Shown here in pieces: positions 12,910 through 26,653 of a stretch of DNA of 64,000 bases. Source of the DNA: Tubulanus polymorphus. Its lineage: Eukaryota; Animalia; Nemertea. The stretch's first letter is position 1, and the number at the start of each line of letters is the position of its first letter. Position numbers and translations under genes: made by a program. Below the pieces are notes generated by a model that did not search any database, was not told the origin of the DNA, and saw only the letters and a program-made list of their open reading frames with translations. Location of the stretch: NCBI RefSeq assembly GCF_964204645.1, contig NC_134027.1, forward strand, positions 13,796,485 to 13,860,484, read 5' to 3'.

Positions 12910-14048
12910 ACTGCTGAAAGTTGAATTAGAACAAAAATTAAATGGTCAAAATTTATTTTTTTAATGAATTTTTAAGGAACTTACTCTTCAACTGGTAACT
13001 CATCACCTACAGGCCAGTTATCTCGGACGAAATCATAAAAAACATACTTTTAAGACCTCGGGCTCGAGGCAGTTTACTCTGAAACCATGCACTTCAGTAA
13101 TGCAGGGTACATTGTTGGCAGTGCTTATTTCTTTAACGCATGGAAACTCTTGGCAGCACACATTCATTCGAGTTTTTTCCATAATGCTGCAGACATTTCT
13201 GCACAAACACCTAAAAATATATTCATTTTTAAATATTGTATATTATCTAATTATTTCTTACCTGAAAAAATAAAAATTTGTTCAGCGAATAATCACTATA
13301 TTTCCTTGTTATTTTTGGCGCAAAAAATGAGGGTTTTATTCACCTTTAATTTATACAATAATAGTCTTGCCCACTGAGGAGAGTAGAAATGTAAACCGGG
13401 AAAATTGTTTGGCAAACAAACGGTAACAATAAAGTTTATTGAATTTGTTTCGATCAGCTGATTGACGTAAACAATTTTACCAAATGCCAGAATCCAACAT
13501 GGGAATTAATCTACGCAGTCCTAAACGTATTTATTCTTATTTAATAAAAATATCCTACATACCAGTCCGTATTGTCAGCTCGCTGACGATATTCTTCATC
13601 ACTGCTTATATCGTCCGTTGAAGATGAAGCCGAGCTGTCGTCGGAGTTAGGCCTAATTTCCCTATTTGCTGCTAGCGGTTCAAACATGTAAGGAGCCACG
13701 TTATTTACGCTCCTTGCATCTATTTCAGTTATATCCAAAATTTCTTCATCCGATGACATTTCGCGACAATAGCACGAATGAATAGCGCTTGAATCGACGT
13801 ATTGTTCTATTGTTATCGCAACATTGGCGAGATCGCTTGTCGGAATCTACGTCACGGCATCGGGCCACCTATCGGAATTTTTATGAACTGGCGTTTCGGC
13901 AAATACCGTAAAAAGTGAAATTTCAACAACCAATTTGAAACCAATGATCAATTTATTTCTTGCTTAATTGTCTCTATAATCAATTCTTTAATATAAAAAA
14001 ACTTCTGATGAAGTAAAATCGCGGATATAATTAGAGGTCATAGGACCT
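12910..14048 (-). mobile_element. Kolobok-type DNA transposon fragment (one end)
   Basis: Terminus TTAA|AGGTCCTATGACC (TTAA at 14049-14052) joins host HINE-C sequence; carries a KolX-like gene. The other end is not found. Confidence 0.6.
12985..13759 (-). pseudogene. KolX-like protein with a P2X7 C-terminal (cysteine-rich ballast)-like domain; exons 13759-13563 and 13210-12985
   Basis: Splicing gives PYMFEP..RADNTDW|CLCRNVCSIM..VCCQE..CITEVHGFRVNCLEPEVL. Stop or frameshift near 13035; downstream part missing. Confidence 0.7.
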
Positions 14049-14677
14049 TTAAGAGCCATGGGTCAACATCCATGATATGGGCTGACCCATGATACAGACT
14101 GACCCCTAGGTGGCTCTTCTTCACAGATAGCGGCACGTAATGAACTGACCTCAATGAAATCTTTTGCAACCTTCCTAGTACGGCATTTAACCAAGCAAGG
14201 CAGAAACCCGTTATCGCTGCTTTGCAGCTATATTTAGGGTTTCTGCTGCTTTCGCAGAAACCCTATTGTAAATTCTGTTGATTATTATTATTATTATTAT
14301 TATTATTAGGGTTTCTGCTGCCTTCGCAGAAACCCTATTGTATTTCTGCTGATTATTATTATTAGGGTTTTCTGACTTTCGTCGAAAACCCTTTTGTAAT
14401 TCTGTTGATTGTTATACTTATTATTATTATTTACATATTTTCCACTTTTTTTCGCACATAAAATTCATCTTCTATCAGATTCGACAACTAACTGCTTCTA
14501 ATTGAAATGTAGAATTCTGATAGTAATATAACACGCATTCGCTCCGCGTAGATTATACCTATGCACTCTCCGTCCTATTTTAAACTTAAAATTACTTACT
14601 GAAAGATAACACCGGATGATAGTAGCAATCGCGACTCGCCCTGTCCGGTACTCCCACTAATGATAAAGACAGCGTCC

Positions 14678-14750
14678 TGTCCTGTGGCATGGTGGATAAG
14701 GTGTTTGACTTCCAACTGAGAGGTCGATGGTTCGAATCCTTTTGAAACCA
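14678..14750 (+). other. tRNA-derived sequence (SINE head or tRNA pseudogene)
   Basis: A box TGGCATGGTGG (14685) and B box GGTTCGAATCC (14729) at tRNA spacing; acceptor and anticodon stems pair poorly. Confidence 0.55.
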
Positions 14751-17700
14751 TGCATTATTACAGTACAGCGCCGGCGCGCAACAATTGTTTTATTAATGAA
14801 GCAACATGGTGGATGGTTTAAATTATTTTCGGCTTAAATTTATCGCGAGTTTTAGGACTTTAATGAATTTCACGAAACCATGATTTCTAAAATGAGTCAA
14901 TTGATTAATTCTATTCGTAAATCAATTTACGTTGGCTACATTTCCTGAAGATTTAGGGGTCAAATCAACGTGATATGGAGGACAGAAATTGTAGGAATTT
15001 TCACACGGAATTTTACTTCCACGTTCAGTTGACGACTCGTATCGATGACAACGACAGCGGAGTTTATGTATCTATAACGGATATTCCGTATAGTTCTATG
15101 ATGTATTTTAAAGTGAGAATCCGTTAACCAGGGAATGTATTAAATGATTTCTTTAATAATATGAGTATGGTAGCAAATGAGTAGGCCTACTCGGTGAAGC
15201 AATGATCATTGTTGGCTACTTACTTAATGCCTAGCTTTTTGGGGGGATGCGCCTAGAATAGATTTAGGCCCTAAATATAATGGGTAGAGCCAGTCAGTGG
15301 AATGCCTTAATAGCAGCTAGTTATGGCCTGGTTTACACTGAATGTGCATGACAATTTATTTTGATTACTTTCTTTCCAGCTATTATTCGTGGAATGAACT
15401 GGGCACTACGGTCTTCAATTCCTTTGCGGATTCTTGCAGGTATATTAAACCACAGTGCGCAAATGTATGTTTCAAATTAGGCTTTTTCGACGTTGACAGC
15501 CAAAGACGTAACTTAACACGCTAACTTAAGCGCAACTGTCTCAGATGCTGTAAGTACTTGACGTTTTGCGTAATTTTTTTTTTGTAATATAATATTTGGA
15601 TTAGTAATCAGTCGTGCTAACGTACATGCAGAATTGGATTCATTGTAATTATGGGATGATAATTCATGGGCGTCACGAGTCCTGCGACATACCCTTGATA
15701 TGAAGCTTTTTTAATGTTAATCATTGACTTGTTTTGGAGTAAACTGAATAGCCCTTAAAATACCAATGCCACGTGGCTTGGTGTCTATGCTCTACGAGAC
15801 TGTAGTAATAGATTTTCACAACAAACTCATGATTTCAAATAGTCTCCTAAGATATCTATATATTATTTCGCTCCTTACCTAAGTAATTCTTACATTTGAT
15901 TGCTTAATTACAGATGGAAAGAGGTCAGATGGCATGAAAATCGACTGTGGCTGACTAATTGGCACGAGTAACCAAAATGCTTCAATCATCAGGAGTAGAC
16001 AAATTAGCCGAAGATGAATGAAAATTTCACCTTGATGATCATCAGTTGATTTTGCTATAATTATTTGCCTGGATATATCCTTCATTTCAAAATCTGTCTT
16101 CAGTAGAATTTCTTTCAATAGAATATTTTGAAGATTGAATTTGAATTGATCTTAAAACCAGAGAAAGCATTCAGAAATTTAGAAAATCCTTGACTCATAA
16201 TCAAATTCTGTGAAGTCAGTTAAGGTCTTTTTGGTCGAATCAAGCCGAGGGCTCGGGTGACTAAAACTCAATTCCTCACTGTCTTATAATGCCGAGTACG
16301 ACGGAGTTTACACACTGAAACACGTTGGGCTGTGTAAGTGTAATTTGGATAAGTCCACAATATAATGACCGCCCTGCCCCGCTGCATCTGAGACGTCAAC
16401 AAGTTAGACTGTATTGCTTCGATGACAAACTGACTCCTACGCAAGATAACCATCCAATTCAAATGTAAATTAAGAAAGAAAACAACAAAACTAGTTGCGT
16501 TGATCAACTAAAATAAATCAATAGTTTATTACAATACTTCAATTTCAAAATAAGGATAGGAAAAAGCTTGTTGGTATGTGTGGTTAGTAGCCCTTTACAA
16601 GACACTTGTATTAATGTTTGGTTTAAGTAGATAACTCATATGGTTCTCTAGGAGCGCCACCTACAAGTTGCTGGAAATGCATTTATATTGATAGCTACTA
16701 AGTGGATAAAGGGATTTCTATGAAAATTGATATACATGTACCTGGATATAAGATACAACGAATCCCTAACATAATTAGTTCCTATTCTGACCACTAGGGG
16801 CGTTAATGTTGAAAACTCATCCTAGCATCAGTTTTTTCGATTGTAATTCAATAGTATGCTAACCGGCAAATTACCGGCCACTTGGGCGTGGTAAAAGTAC
16901 CGTATCTTCGTATTCTCGGTGTCATTTCCCCTAACCTTGGTACATTTGACCTTTTCGTGTAGTAGCCCATGTGGATCAACATAGCCAAGTTATCAGCTGA
17001 CCCCTAGGTGGCGCTCCTTATCCAGCAAGGCAGAAACCCGTTATCGCTGCTTTGCAGCTATATTTATTATTATTATTATTATTATCATTATTATTATTAT
17101 ATTCTTTTTCACACTGGATCTTACTGAAAGGATATAAACAACTACAATTTACTTTCACTGGCAGTGAAACCATTCTGTATCACAAGTACTACGCTGCATT
17201 GACAAATACTGTACGTGATATTAATCAGAATTGCACGGTTTACTCACTGTGAGCCTCTAAACATCGAAATTTAAGCCCGATTCAAACAGTATCCATCTAC
17301 GTATGCGTATTGCCTACGTGTCATTCCCACAGCGCGTCAGTGCGTCTGTTTGTGTCAGTGTCCCTATAAGCAGTGATAGAGCGTGTGTACTAGATCTGTA
17401 GTTTTTTAGTATCTTTATATATATGTGGCGCACTGAATGGGGTCAGTCTCGAGTGAACGCAACTGAGGAATTTTTGTGCCACATATACAAGCAATAGCAT
17501 CCTTGCAGTAACTTCCCTGGATAGAGCTAATGAATGCAGCTACGGTATCTATAGGCGAGAGCCTGGATGGCTATATTCTGTTAGCATTACAATATTCCTG
17601 GACGGATTTACTTGAAACTTTCGTGAGATGAACGGATCACAGGTACCTTGAGGTAAGTCGAAGGGATCTTTGTTTGGGGTCCCCGTTCATCCACCACGGG

Positions 17701-18454
17701 GCGTTTTACTTTTGAAAATTCTGACATCGAAAAGTTACTGTGTGAGAAAAATTTTTGTCTTTGAGTTTTCAGCTTCGGTCGAGCACGAAAGTTGTTCATA
17801 ACAGCCTGGAGGCTAAAAAAAAGTCAATGGCACGCCCTATCTGCGATTAACCGTTTGGGCTCTACGGGCTCGAAAATGTACCCCAAATTTTTCAAAGAGA
17901 TTTTTGCTCCTAGCTCCTTAACCGGTGGAGATAGAATTGTGGTTGCAACAAGTGACCGGTAGCCCTTGCGAAGACGCTTGTATTGATGTATGGTATAACT
18001 ATGTAGTTCATATGGTTCGCCAGTAGCGCCATCTATAAGACGCTGGAATACGCATTTTCATCTATATCGACTAAGGGTATCAATGGATTTCTATAAAAAT
18101 TGATACACATGTACCTGGTTACTAAACGAAACGAACCCCTCATATGATTAGTTCCCATTTTAACGACTAGGGGGCGTTAATTTTGAAAAATCGATTTCAG
18201 CATCCATTTTTCGCATTTAGTGCGGTCTGTTTATTATGAAAATCACAAAACTTGGTATAAGTACAAAGACATGTGTGTAATATGCCAACCTGCATAAATA
18301 GTTCATACAACTGCCACCAGGGGACTGTGAAAACTACGATTTTTGCTCCTAGGTCCTTAACCGTTGGTCATAGAGTCGATGTTGCAATGCGTGGTTAGTA
18401 GCCCTGTAACAAGACACTTGTATTGATGTATGGGTTAAGTAGGTAACTCATACG

Positions 18455-21400
18455 GTTTATTTACACTCCAACCATTTCCATGGTATATGGAGGAAACTTA
18501 TTACACATGTATATACAAATATTTACAAAACAACACTGAAGTGATTAAAATTTAGAGAATGAAAACGTAGCGAAATATGTATACATCAACTATTTACAAT
18601 ACTATATATACTATTATATACATCAACTATTTACAATACTATATATACTATTGGAGGGATCTATATACATCTAAGCCGGTCTTAATGAATTTAGCTAAGT
18701 TGACCGTTGGGTTTTTCAGAATATCAAGGGTATTAAAGGTATTCAAATTCAAAAAGTTTTTGCGTTGTTCGTTAAGAAAGGTACAGTCAAACAGAAAATG
18801 GGATTCGTCACCTAAAGTATTACAAGCGGGGCATATTCTATCCGCTCTGTCTAAATGAAGGTTTGAAAATTTGTTCACAGGTAAAAATATAGGACCCGAC
18901 CCTAAATTCAAATAAACTAGTTCCTAAGTCATCACCAAGTTCTATTATATACTTCTCTAACCTAATATCATTTTTATATTGCCTAAAGTTAGTGTATATC
19001 GGATTAGTATTTATGGCAGATACAGTTTCTTGAAGGTGCTGGTCACGGAGTATCTGTTTTATTCGTTTTGAAAAAGATTTACTGTTAGTCATGAATTGCT
19101 GCGTCCAAATGCAGGCCAAACCACAGTCATCAAAGGTTTTCTTTATATATGATAACCAAGGGCTCATAAATTTATCCCTTAAAAATTTATATTTTATAGA
19201 TATTTTATATAGTATTGAATTAAGTTTGGTTTGCTTTCCAGATACTGTTTTAACCCAAAAGTTAATCATCCTGCGTCTAACATCTATATTCAAAGGGTAA
19301 CGTCCTAGCTCTGATAAAACTTGTAAATCAAGATTTTCGTATCCCCAGATCTCACACCCATACATGGCTATTGGAGCAACACACGTATCAAATAATTTAA
19401 ACATAACATCTATGGGCAATTTCAAACGTCTGCCTTCTTGAACGATCGAAAACATAGCTCTCATAGCTTTATCGTAAAGATACTTTTTTGCCTTAGCAAA
19501 GTTACCATTCCAATTGAATTTTACTCCGAGATAAACATAATCTTCAACTACCTCTAACTCTTGATCACCAAACATAAATTTCGAAATCGTTTTTATCCGG
19601 GATTTACTTCGCGCAAATACTAGTACTTTAGTTTTCTCTGAGTTAACAGTGAGACCATTAGCCGCGCAATATTCAAATAAGGTATCTAAGTGTAGCTGAA
19701 GAGATTTCTCATCCTCAGCAAGAATAACTGTATCATCTGTGTATAGTATTATGAATAAATTCAGTAAAGTATCAATATCCTGATCACGATTCAAATTTAG
19801 TTTTTCTATAAATGACGAAGTCGGTTTTCCACGATCAATGAAAAATTCTTCAATGTCGTTTAAGATTAACGAAAAGAGGATAGGTGAGAGATTTTCGTCT
19901 TAAGCCTCTATCAGCTGCAAAGTATTGTGACGTGCAACCATTAAATTTAACACATGATTTTATGGAGTTATACATATTTTTGACCACATTGAAAAAGTTT
20001 CCATTAACACTGTTAGCTATTAATTTTCGCCATAACGTTACCCTACAAATCGAGTCGAAAGCTTTCTTAAAATCAACAAAGGCGCAAAAAAGTCTTCTTC
20101 CCTGACAAAGATACAGCTCTACGATTGTTTTAAGCGTGTAAATATGATCAATGGTGGAATATTTCGATCTAAAGCCAGCCTGGGCTTCACTTATAATGTG
20201 ATTCGTATCTAGGAATGTTGACAATCTTTGATTTAGGATACTTGTAAATAATTTACCAAGACAGCTAACTAAGGTAATTCCTCTATAATTATCAGGATTA
20301 GAGGGATCGCCATTCTTTTTGAAAATGGGTTTGATGACGCCTATAGACCACATCTCTGGAACATATCCTGTTTTAAGAACTAAATTGAATAATTTTTGTA
20401 ATATATCAACTAAAACGGATACTGACTAACTCCCAACAGCTCATTCGTGATTCCATCAATGCCTGGGGCCTCATTGTTTTTGAGTAAAGAGATTAATTAC
20501 TTCATCACTGGTTATATCACTGTTCAAAATATAATTGTCATAGACCGGATGGTCACCCACGTCTGGGGGCTCATCACCGTCATCGGTTTCATTGTTAACA
20601 TTATTCAAATCATTTAATCTCATAAAATGTTCAAGAAAAATATCAATATCTATATTAGCTTCATTATTTTTTGTTCCGCTCGCAGAGTTATGCATCGACC
20701 AATACTTTTTTGGGTTATTAATTTCGCATTCTCTCAATTCCTTAATAAATTCATCCTTTTGTTTCTTCTTATTTCCTCGGATGACCTGTTTATAGTTTTT
20801 AGATGAGTTCTTAAGGGATTCAAAATTGGAAGGGGTAGGGCAACCCCTATATCTTTTTTTCATATAATTATATTTCTTCTGCGCATCTCTACAGTCCCTG
20901 CCAAACCATCTGTTGCGAACCGGTTTTTTGCAGTTATTACTTTTCCTACTTTTTCTATGGTACATCAAATTACACTCATCAGCACTTGATAATAAGGAAG
21001 ATCCATTTAATGTCATCTGGCGATTGATTTCCTAGATCTTGCAACCCGTCCAAAAGTAACTTATCTAAATCATTATCTCGTAATTTTGATTCTACATTCA
21101 GGAAAAATTGATTTGATCTAGTACTGTCCCACCTAATTAAAGTGTTAAAGTTCGCGTGTTCATTACCCCTTTCATTATCGCTAGCAATGGTGTCCCTAGA
21201 ATTCGTATACACGCACAGATTAATAGGATTATGTCCATCAGATAATAATGGGTCAAAATGCATTATTTCAAAGTCCTCAACATAACCAAACAGTTCTAAA
21301 TCGCACACAAAATAATCGATGACACTAGTGTTCCTAAAAGTATAATTACCTGTCTGATCATTGCCACATCTGCCATTGAGGATAATTAGTGAGTGGTTCT

Positions 21401-22199
21401 TACACAAATCTATTAGTTGATAGCTTGTATTATTCGTTCTTTTGTCCTGATTATTTCTAGTAGTGGGAACGCCTAAATTAATCAATGAGTCAACAATAGG
21501 GTCTAAGTTATCATCTTGAATTATCTGATTATCAGGTTCCAAAAAGTCTGGCATACAAGCGGTGTGAGCATTAAAGTCACCAGAAATTAACACATTGAAA
21601 TCATACTCAACTTTCAATTGCATTAACTCTATTTCAATTTCTCTGATAGCTATTTCTAAATAATAACGACTATTTTCTGGAGGAATATAAATTACACCTA
21701 AAAGTACATGTTTGTCGCGATTAAATAAATCTTTATCTAATAAATACCAAGATACAAACTGAGAGTCAGTCGAAATTAGTTTTATTTTATTTTTCATGAA
21801 CTTCCTATATATGATACCGACGCCACCTGATCATTTTTTTGAAAACTTTTTCCTATTTTTAAAGTGCGCCATATGGGAGGCGGGCAAGCTACAACCTAAA
21901 TTACCGTCTAAATCATCTAAGTGAGTTTCAGTTAGACATGTGATGTCATTATTGCTAATAAATTCACTGAATTCTGGGATATCGAGTTTAGCTATAAGGC
22001 CACATACATTCAGCGTAGAAAACTTTAATGATGATTTGATACAAGGAATTTCACTTATGTTTGCTGCGTTTGCTGTACTAGTTACATTTTGCTTATTTAA
22101 ATCAGAAGTGTTAACATATCGCTTATTTACATCAGAAATGAAATTGTTAGGAGTTACATCAGGTACATGATTGTTACTATTTACATCAGGGTATGTATC
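18455..22199 (-). mobile_element. Decayed non-LTR retrotransposon ORF2 (APE endonuclease, RT, C-terminal CCHC), RTEX/CR1-like; 5' part continues at 35461-~35700
   Basis: APE motifs TLNVCGL, CLTETH, GDFNAH, SVIDYF, SDGH; RT motifs NYRGITL, QAGFR, VDFKKAFD, YTDD; CPAC..ESHFLFDC; AATAAA at the 3' end; multiple frameshifts and stops. Confidence 0.92.
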
Positions 22200-22392
22200 A
22201 GTAATAGGGATAATAGGCTTTCAGATCAAAGGTCGATCGGTCGAGCGAGCTCGTAAAAAAATGAAAATAACAATAATTTACAGTTGAATGAGTCGCGCAC
22301 ACTCCTAATTCAACTGTAAATTATTTTTATTTTCATTTTTTACTCACTCGCCCCTTCAACCTTTAACCTGAAAGCCTATTATCCCTATTACT
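22200..22392. repeat. Terminal imperfect palindrome of the left TIR
   Basis: AGTAATAGGGATAATAGGCTTTCAG ... CTGAAAGCCTATTATCCCTATTACT, with a further internal stem of ~37 bp. Confidence 0.93.
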
Positions 22393-22807
22393 CTTAAAAT
22401 ATTCATATATATAAACATAATTTACATGAATAACATTTAAATTTACAGATTATTCAATATAAAAGTGTAAGCTCTTATAGAATAGATATATAGATAGATA
22501 TATTTTAAACATTATTTCAATATTCATATTTGTATGAGTTAGATTTTTAAACATTAAAAGTGTTAGTAAAGTGTGATTGAAATAATACATGATATAAATC
22601 ATTGAACTTCTAAAATCAATTTAGTAAAAAATATGTATAATAAATGGAATAACAGTTATTATATTATCCGGCGTAATATATAAATCAAAATTCAAATCTG
22701 ATGATAAAGATGATTCCAATGATGATAAACCTATTATACCAGAAAATAAGTCAAATCATAAAGCCATTGAAACTAAATCTAAATTATTATTAATGGATTA
22801 AAATAAG

Positions 22808-23905
22808 ATGAAAAAAGAACAATATTTAAGAGATTTATATTATAACCCAGAAAGTGAAGTATCATATTCTAACGTTTCAGAATTATGGAATAAAATTAAA
22901 TCTGATAATGGTGGTATAAAATATAGCGAATTAAAATCATGGTTACAAAATCAACCAACATATCAAATCCACAAGAAAATGGATAAAACTTATTTAACAA
23001 GAAAAGTTATGGTTTCATATATCGATCAACAATGGCAAGCTGATTTAATTGACATGAAGAACTTAGAAGAATACAACAAAGGATATTTCTGGATACTGAA
23101 TGTTATAGATATATTCAGTAGATACGCATGGTCAATTCCAATCAAAAATAAAACTGGAATAGAAGTTACAAATGCTTTTAAATCTATATTTAAAGAAGCT
23201 ATTCCAGATAAGATACAATTTGATGAAGGTAAGGAATTTTATAACAAACATTTTAAAAAACTATTATCTGATAACGATGTAGAATATTTTTCAACACACT
23301 CAGATAAAAAAGCATCTATTATAGAAAGGTTTAATAAAACATTGAAAACTAGAATGTGGAAATATTTTACTGCTAATGAAACATATAAATATATCGATGA
23401 GTCTATAAATATGTTAGATGATTTAGTGAAAGGTTATAATAATTCTAAACATAGTTCTATAAATATGAAACCTATACAAGCTAGAAAAGAAGATAATTCA
23501 GAAATAGTTTGGAATAATTTATATGGAGCGTTTGTTACACATGATTTCGGTGAACCTAAATTCAAAATTGGACAACACGTAAGAATATCTAAATATAGAA
23601 AAACATTTTATAAAGGTTATACCCCAAATTTTACTGAAGAAATATTCAAGATTAAAAAGATAATATTAACTAAACCATTTGTTTATAAATTAGAAGATAT
23701 AAAAGATGAAGAAATATTAGGTTATTTCTATGAACAAGAATTATCACTTGTACCAAATCCAGATGAAATAGAATACAAAATAGAAAAAGTATTCAAAACA
23801 AAAACTCTTAAAGGAAAAAAGTATTCTTTGGTGAAATATAAAGGATACCATGATAAATTTAATGAATGGATTTTATCTAGTAAAATTAAAAGAATAAATG
23901 AATAA
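22808..23905 (+). CDS. Polinton retroviral-like (rve) integrase with C-terminal chromodomain, intact ORF
   Basis: WQADLIDM, QFDEGKEF and IIERFNKTLK (DDE triad); YKIEKV..LVKYKGY..FNEWI. Confidence 0.93.
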   Translation: MKKEQYLRDLYYNPESEVSYSNVSELWNKIKSDNGGIKYSELKSWLQNQPTYQIHKKMDKTYLTRKVMVSYIDQQWQADLIDMKNLEEYNKGYFWILNVIDIFSRYAWSIPIKNKTGIEVTNAFKSIFKEAIPDKIQFDEGKEFYNKHFKKLLSDNDVEYFSTHSDKKASIIERFNKTLKTRMWKYFTANETYKYIDESINMLDDLVKGYNNSKHSSINMKPIQARKEDNSEIVWNNLYGAFVTHDFGEPKFKIGQHVRISKYRKTFYKGYTPNFTEEIFKIKKIILTKPFVYKLEDIKDEEILGYFYEQELSLVPNPDEIEYKIEKVFKTKTLKGKKYSLVKYKGYHDKFNEWILSSKIKRINE

Positions 23906-24508
23906 AGATTTATTCATATTCGAACCGCATAATATGTTAGTTACTGGAGTAACCAACTGTGGTAAAACACATTTCATATTAGATTTGTTAGAAACTATTT
24001 ATAAGAATCATTTTGATAATATAATATTATTTTGTCCTACTTATGAAATGAATAAAACATATAATAGAGATATAGTTAAGATAAAAAAGTTTATTATATT
24101 AGATCCTAAAACAGTAAAAGAAAATTTAGATAATTGTATTAAAATAGCAACTGATACTTATAAAGGATCAAATACATTATTCATTATAGATGATTGCGCA
24201 AATTTACATTTTTAAAAGTTAGAGAAAGTGAGTTATGCTATTTAGCTTTCTCTGGGAGACATTTTGGGATAACAACATGGGTTTTAAATCAAAAATATAA
24301 TTCAATTGTTAAAGACTTTAGGGAGAATATAAGATTTCTAGTTCTATTTAATAACAAAGATAAAAAATCTATGCAACAATCATTAGAAGAAAATCAAATT
24401 ATACCTACTGAATTACATGATGAATATATGAATAAATTAAAGAATAATAAAGGTTCAAAATTATTACTGAGATTACAATTTCCCTATGAATATAAGTTTA
24501 TAAAATAA
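23898..24508 (+). pseudogene. Polinton packaging ATPase (A32/FtsK-HerA-like), frameshifted near 24210
   Basis: Walker A GVTNCGKT and Walker B IIDD, then SGRHFGI..NQ in another frame. Confidence 0.88.
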
Positions 24509-24888
24509 CTTACTTAAATAATAAATTTATATATCTATCTATCTAATACGTATTAAATACGTATTAGATACGTATTAAATACATTAATACTTAAAACCCC
24601 ATTTTTAAAATAAATATTATTCATATAATTTTCAACCAATTTATTTTTATTTTTTTCAACTAATATATGAATAAGTTTGAAAATAATAAAGGTTATTTAT
24701 TATTACTGAGGTTTCAATATAAATTTAAAAAAGAAATATAATTTAAGGCATTTTCAAATAATATGCATTAAATACGTATTAGATACGTATTAGATACGCA
24801 TTAGATACGTATTATATATGTATTAGATACCTTAATACTTAAAACCCCTTTTTTATTTACTATTATTTTATACAATTTTCAACCTTTA

Positions 24889-25086
24889 TTACTTTCTGAG
24901 TGTTAGATAATTACTTTCTGAATCACTTCCATCATCACTCTCCAATTCATCATCAGACCCCAACAATCTATTCAAATTCTCTACCGAATTTTCTTCTTCA
25001 AATTCTTTATTATTTTTGTACTTATTCTTCACCATTTTTACCGCATCTTCATAAATAATTGGTTTATTGATATACTTATTAGTCAT
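24889..25086 (-). CDS. Polinton hypothetical acidic ORF (possibly a frameshifted tail of the upstream ORF)
   Basis: 65-aa ORF inside the element; no motif recognised. Confidence 0.35.
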   Translation of the reverse strand: MTNKYINKPIIYEDAVKMVKNKYKNNKEFEEENSVENLNRLLGSDDELESDDGSDSESNYLTLRK

Positions 25087-25176
25087 CTCAACTATATCTT
25101 TATTTCTGATTTAAGTTTCATAGAATCTTTATTATCAATGCGCTTTCCTGTATTTTCGTTATCATCTTTCTTAGTG

Positions 25177-25755
25177 TTAGACCTTAATATTGTATTTACA
25201 ATGCTTGATTCTAGTATTTTTTTTTGCAGCAGTTAAATCTAATTCATCATTACTAGGTTCCTTAGATAAAAATTCACCTAATAAATCTTTATATAAATCT
25301 TTACCATCTACTTTTTTATTTGAAACAAACTTTGTAACATAATTAAATGGGTGTTCTATAAATTCTCTTATACCAACACGATCTATTACATTAATAATAT
25401 GTGAATTTGTATTCATATGATTATTCCAATTTGATGGAGCGTTTGAAAATTCACCTTTACAATAATCACAATAATTTCTATTTTCACTAACATTTAATAT
25501 TATTGCATTATTATATGTAGTAGGTATTACATTATTTGATGTAGAGGGTATTACATTATTAGATGTAGAAGGTATTACATTATTAGATGTAGTAGGTATT
25601 ACATTATTAGATGTAGTAGGTATTACATTATTAGATGTAGAAGGTATTACATTATTATCAATTACATTACTTAAATTATCAACAATTTCACTTTTATTAT
25701 TATCGATTTCTATTAGTTTAGTTTTATAAATTTTGAAAATAGGATCAAATATCAA
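25177..25755 (-). CDS. Polinton hypothetical protein with NNVIP(S/T)TS repeats and a C2H2-like zinc finger
   Basis: 24-bp tandem repeats at ~25510-25660; CDYC..HMNTNSH. Confidence 0.55.
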   Translation of the reverse strand: MIFDPIFKIYKTKLIEIDNNKSEIVDNLSNVIDNNVIPSTSNNVIPTTSNNVIPTTSNNVIPSTSNNVIPSTSNNVIPTTYNNAIILNVSENRNYCDYCKGEFSNAPSNWNNHMNTNSHIINVIDRVGIREFIEHPFNYVTKFVSNKKVDGKDLYKDLLGEFLSKEPSNDELDLTAAKKNTRIKHCKYNIKV

Positions 25756-25880
25756 AGCTATATTACAAGGTATTACATAATATAAACCATCATTATTTTC
25801 ATGTGTATCGATGTATGGAATATGTTTATATACTTTACCTCATTCCATTTATATAATAAATATTTATTAAAGTTAAAATT

Positions 25881-26528
25881 TTAATACATAACACTATCTA
25901 ATTGTGAATTTACAATATTTAATTGCGCGTCAGATATAATATAAATGTGCATTTTGAAATTTAGACTTCCTTTTTTCTTTGTCATGAATAATTGTATTCC
26001 ATCTTTAGTGTTCTGTAGTTTTTTTCGAGAACCATGTAATGAATTATCCTCTGTTGTTCTAAAATCTAACCATAATGCATATTTATTACCGGTATAATAA
26101 TCAATTTGATTAACGTTACAATTTTCAGATGATTTCACTTTTTCATTCATAAAATGTTTTCTAATTTCTGGCCATTGATCTATCATTCTCATTCCTTGAC
26201 AAAATATTTTATTTGCTAATCCCTTCGGTAAAATTTTTTCAGTTTGAACTTCTCTTGAATTAGGTCTACTAGTTTTGGAAGTTTTATTCTGTTCAGAACT
26301 TGTTTCTGGTTCTAAATTATTATCGATTATTTCAAATAAGTCATCAATTCTTTGACTAAATACTCTTATATTATCATCTCTTTCTTCTTGTGTAACATTG
26401 GTTATTTCATTACTATTAATTATTCTCTTAATTCTATCTGGTTCTAACTTAAGCAAAGTTGATTCTGCTAATATTTTACTTAGTCTTGTACTTTGATTAG
26501 TGATATTAATATAATAATCATCTTTCAA
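25881..26528 (-). pseudogene. Chimeric ORF: C-terminal ~115 aa of a putative major capsid protein fused to an unrelated N-terminus
   Basis: GLANKIFCQGM..ALWLDFRTTEDNSLHGS..IYIISDAQLNI resembles, from recall, the C-terminus of invertebrate Polinton MCPs. Too short for a double jelly-roll. Confidence 0.55.
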
Positions 26529-26653
26529 TTTATAATATTATTCACCATCTAAATATTTTAAATCTTCTACTAAAAATCTGGCCCCTCTGTCATTTATATT
26601 ATATCCAGATCTTTCAAATACAGGTTGGAATTTATATATAAATTTTTTATTTT

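Larger units (their letters stand above)
10170..14234 (+). mobile_element. HINE-C body and tail, interrupted by LTR and Kolobok fragments
   Basis: 10190-11200 matches 17370-18400; 14053-14234 matches 36380-36564; ends GCAGAAACCCGTTATCGCTGCTTTGCAGCTATATT. Confidence 0.7.

Noticed and set aside
14678-14750. Functional tRNA gene
   Set aside because: A and B boxes are present but cloverleaf stems pair poorly; a lone B box near 40020 is likewise insufficient.
15879-16118. Possible host or captured exon
   Set aside because: Short ORF with no recognisable motif; a single GTAAGG is insufficient support.
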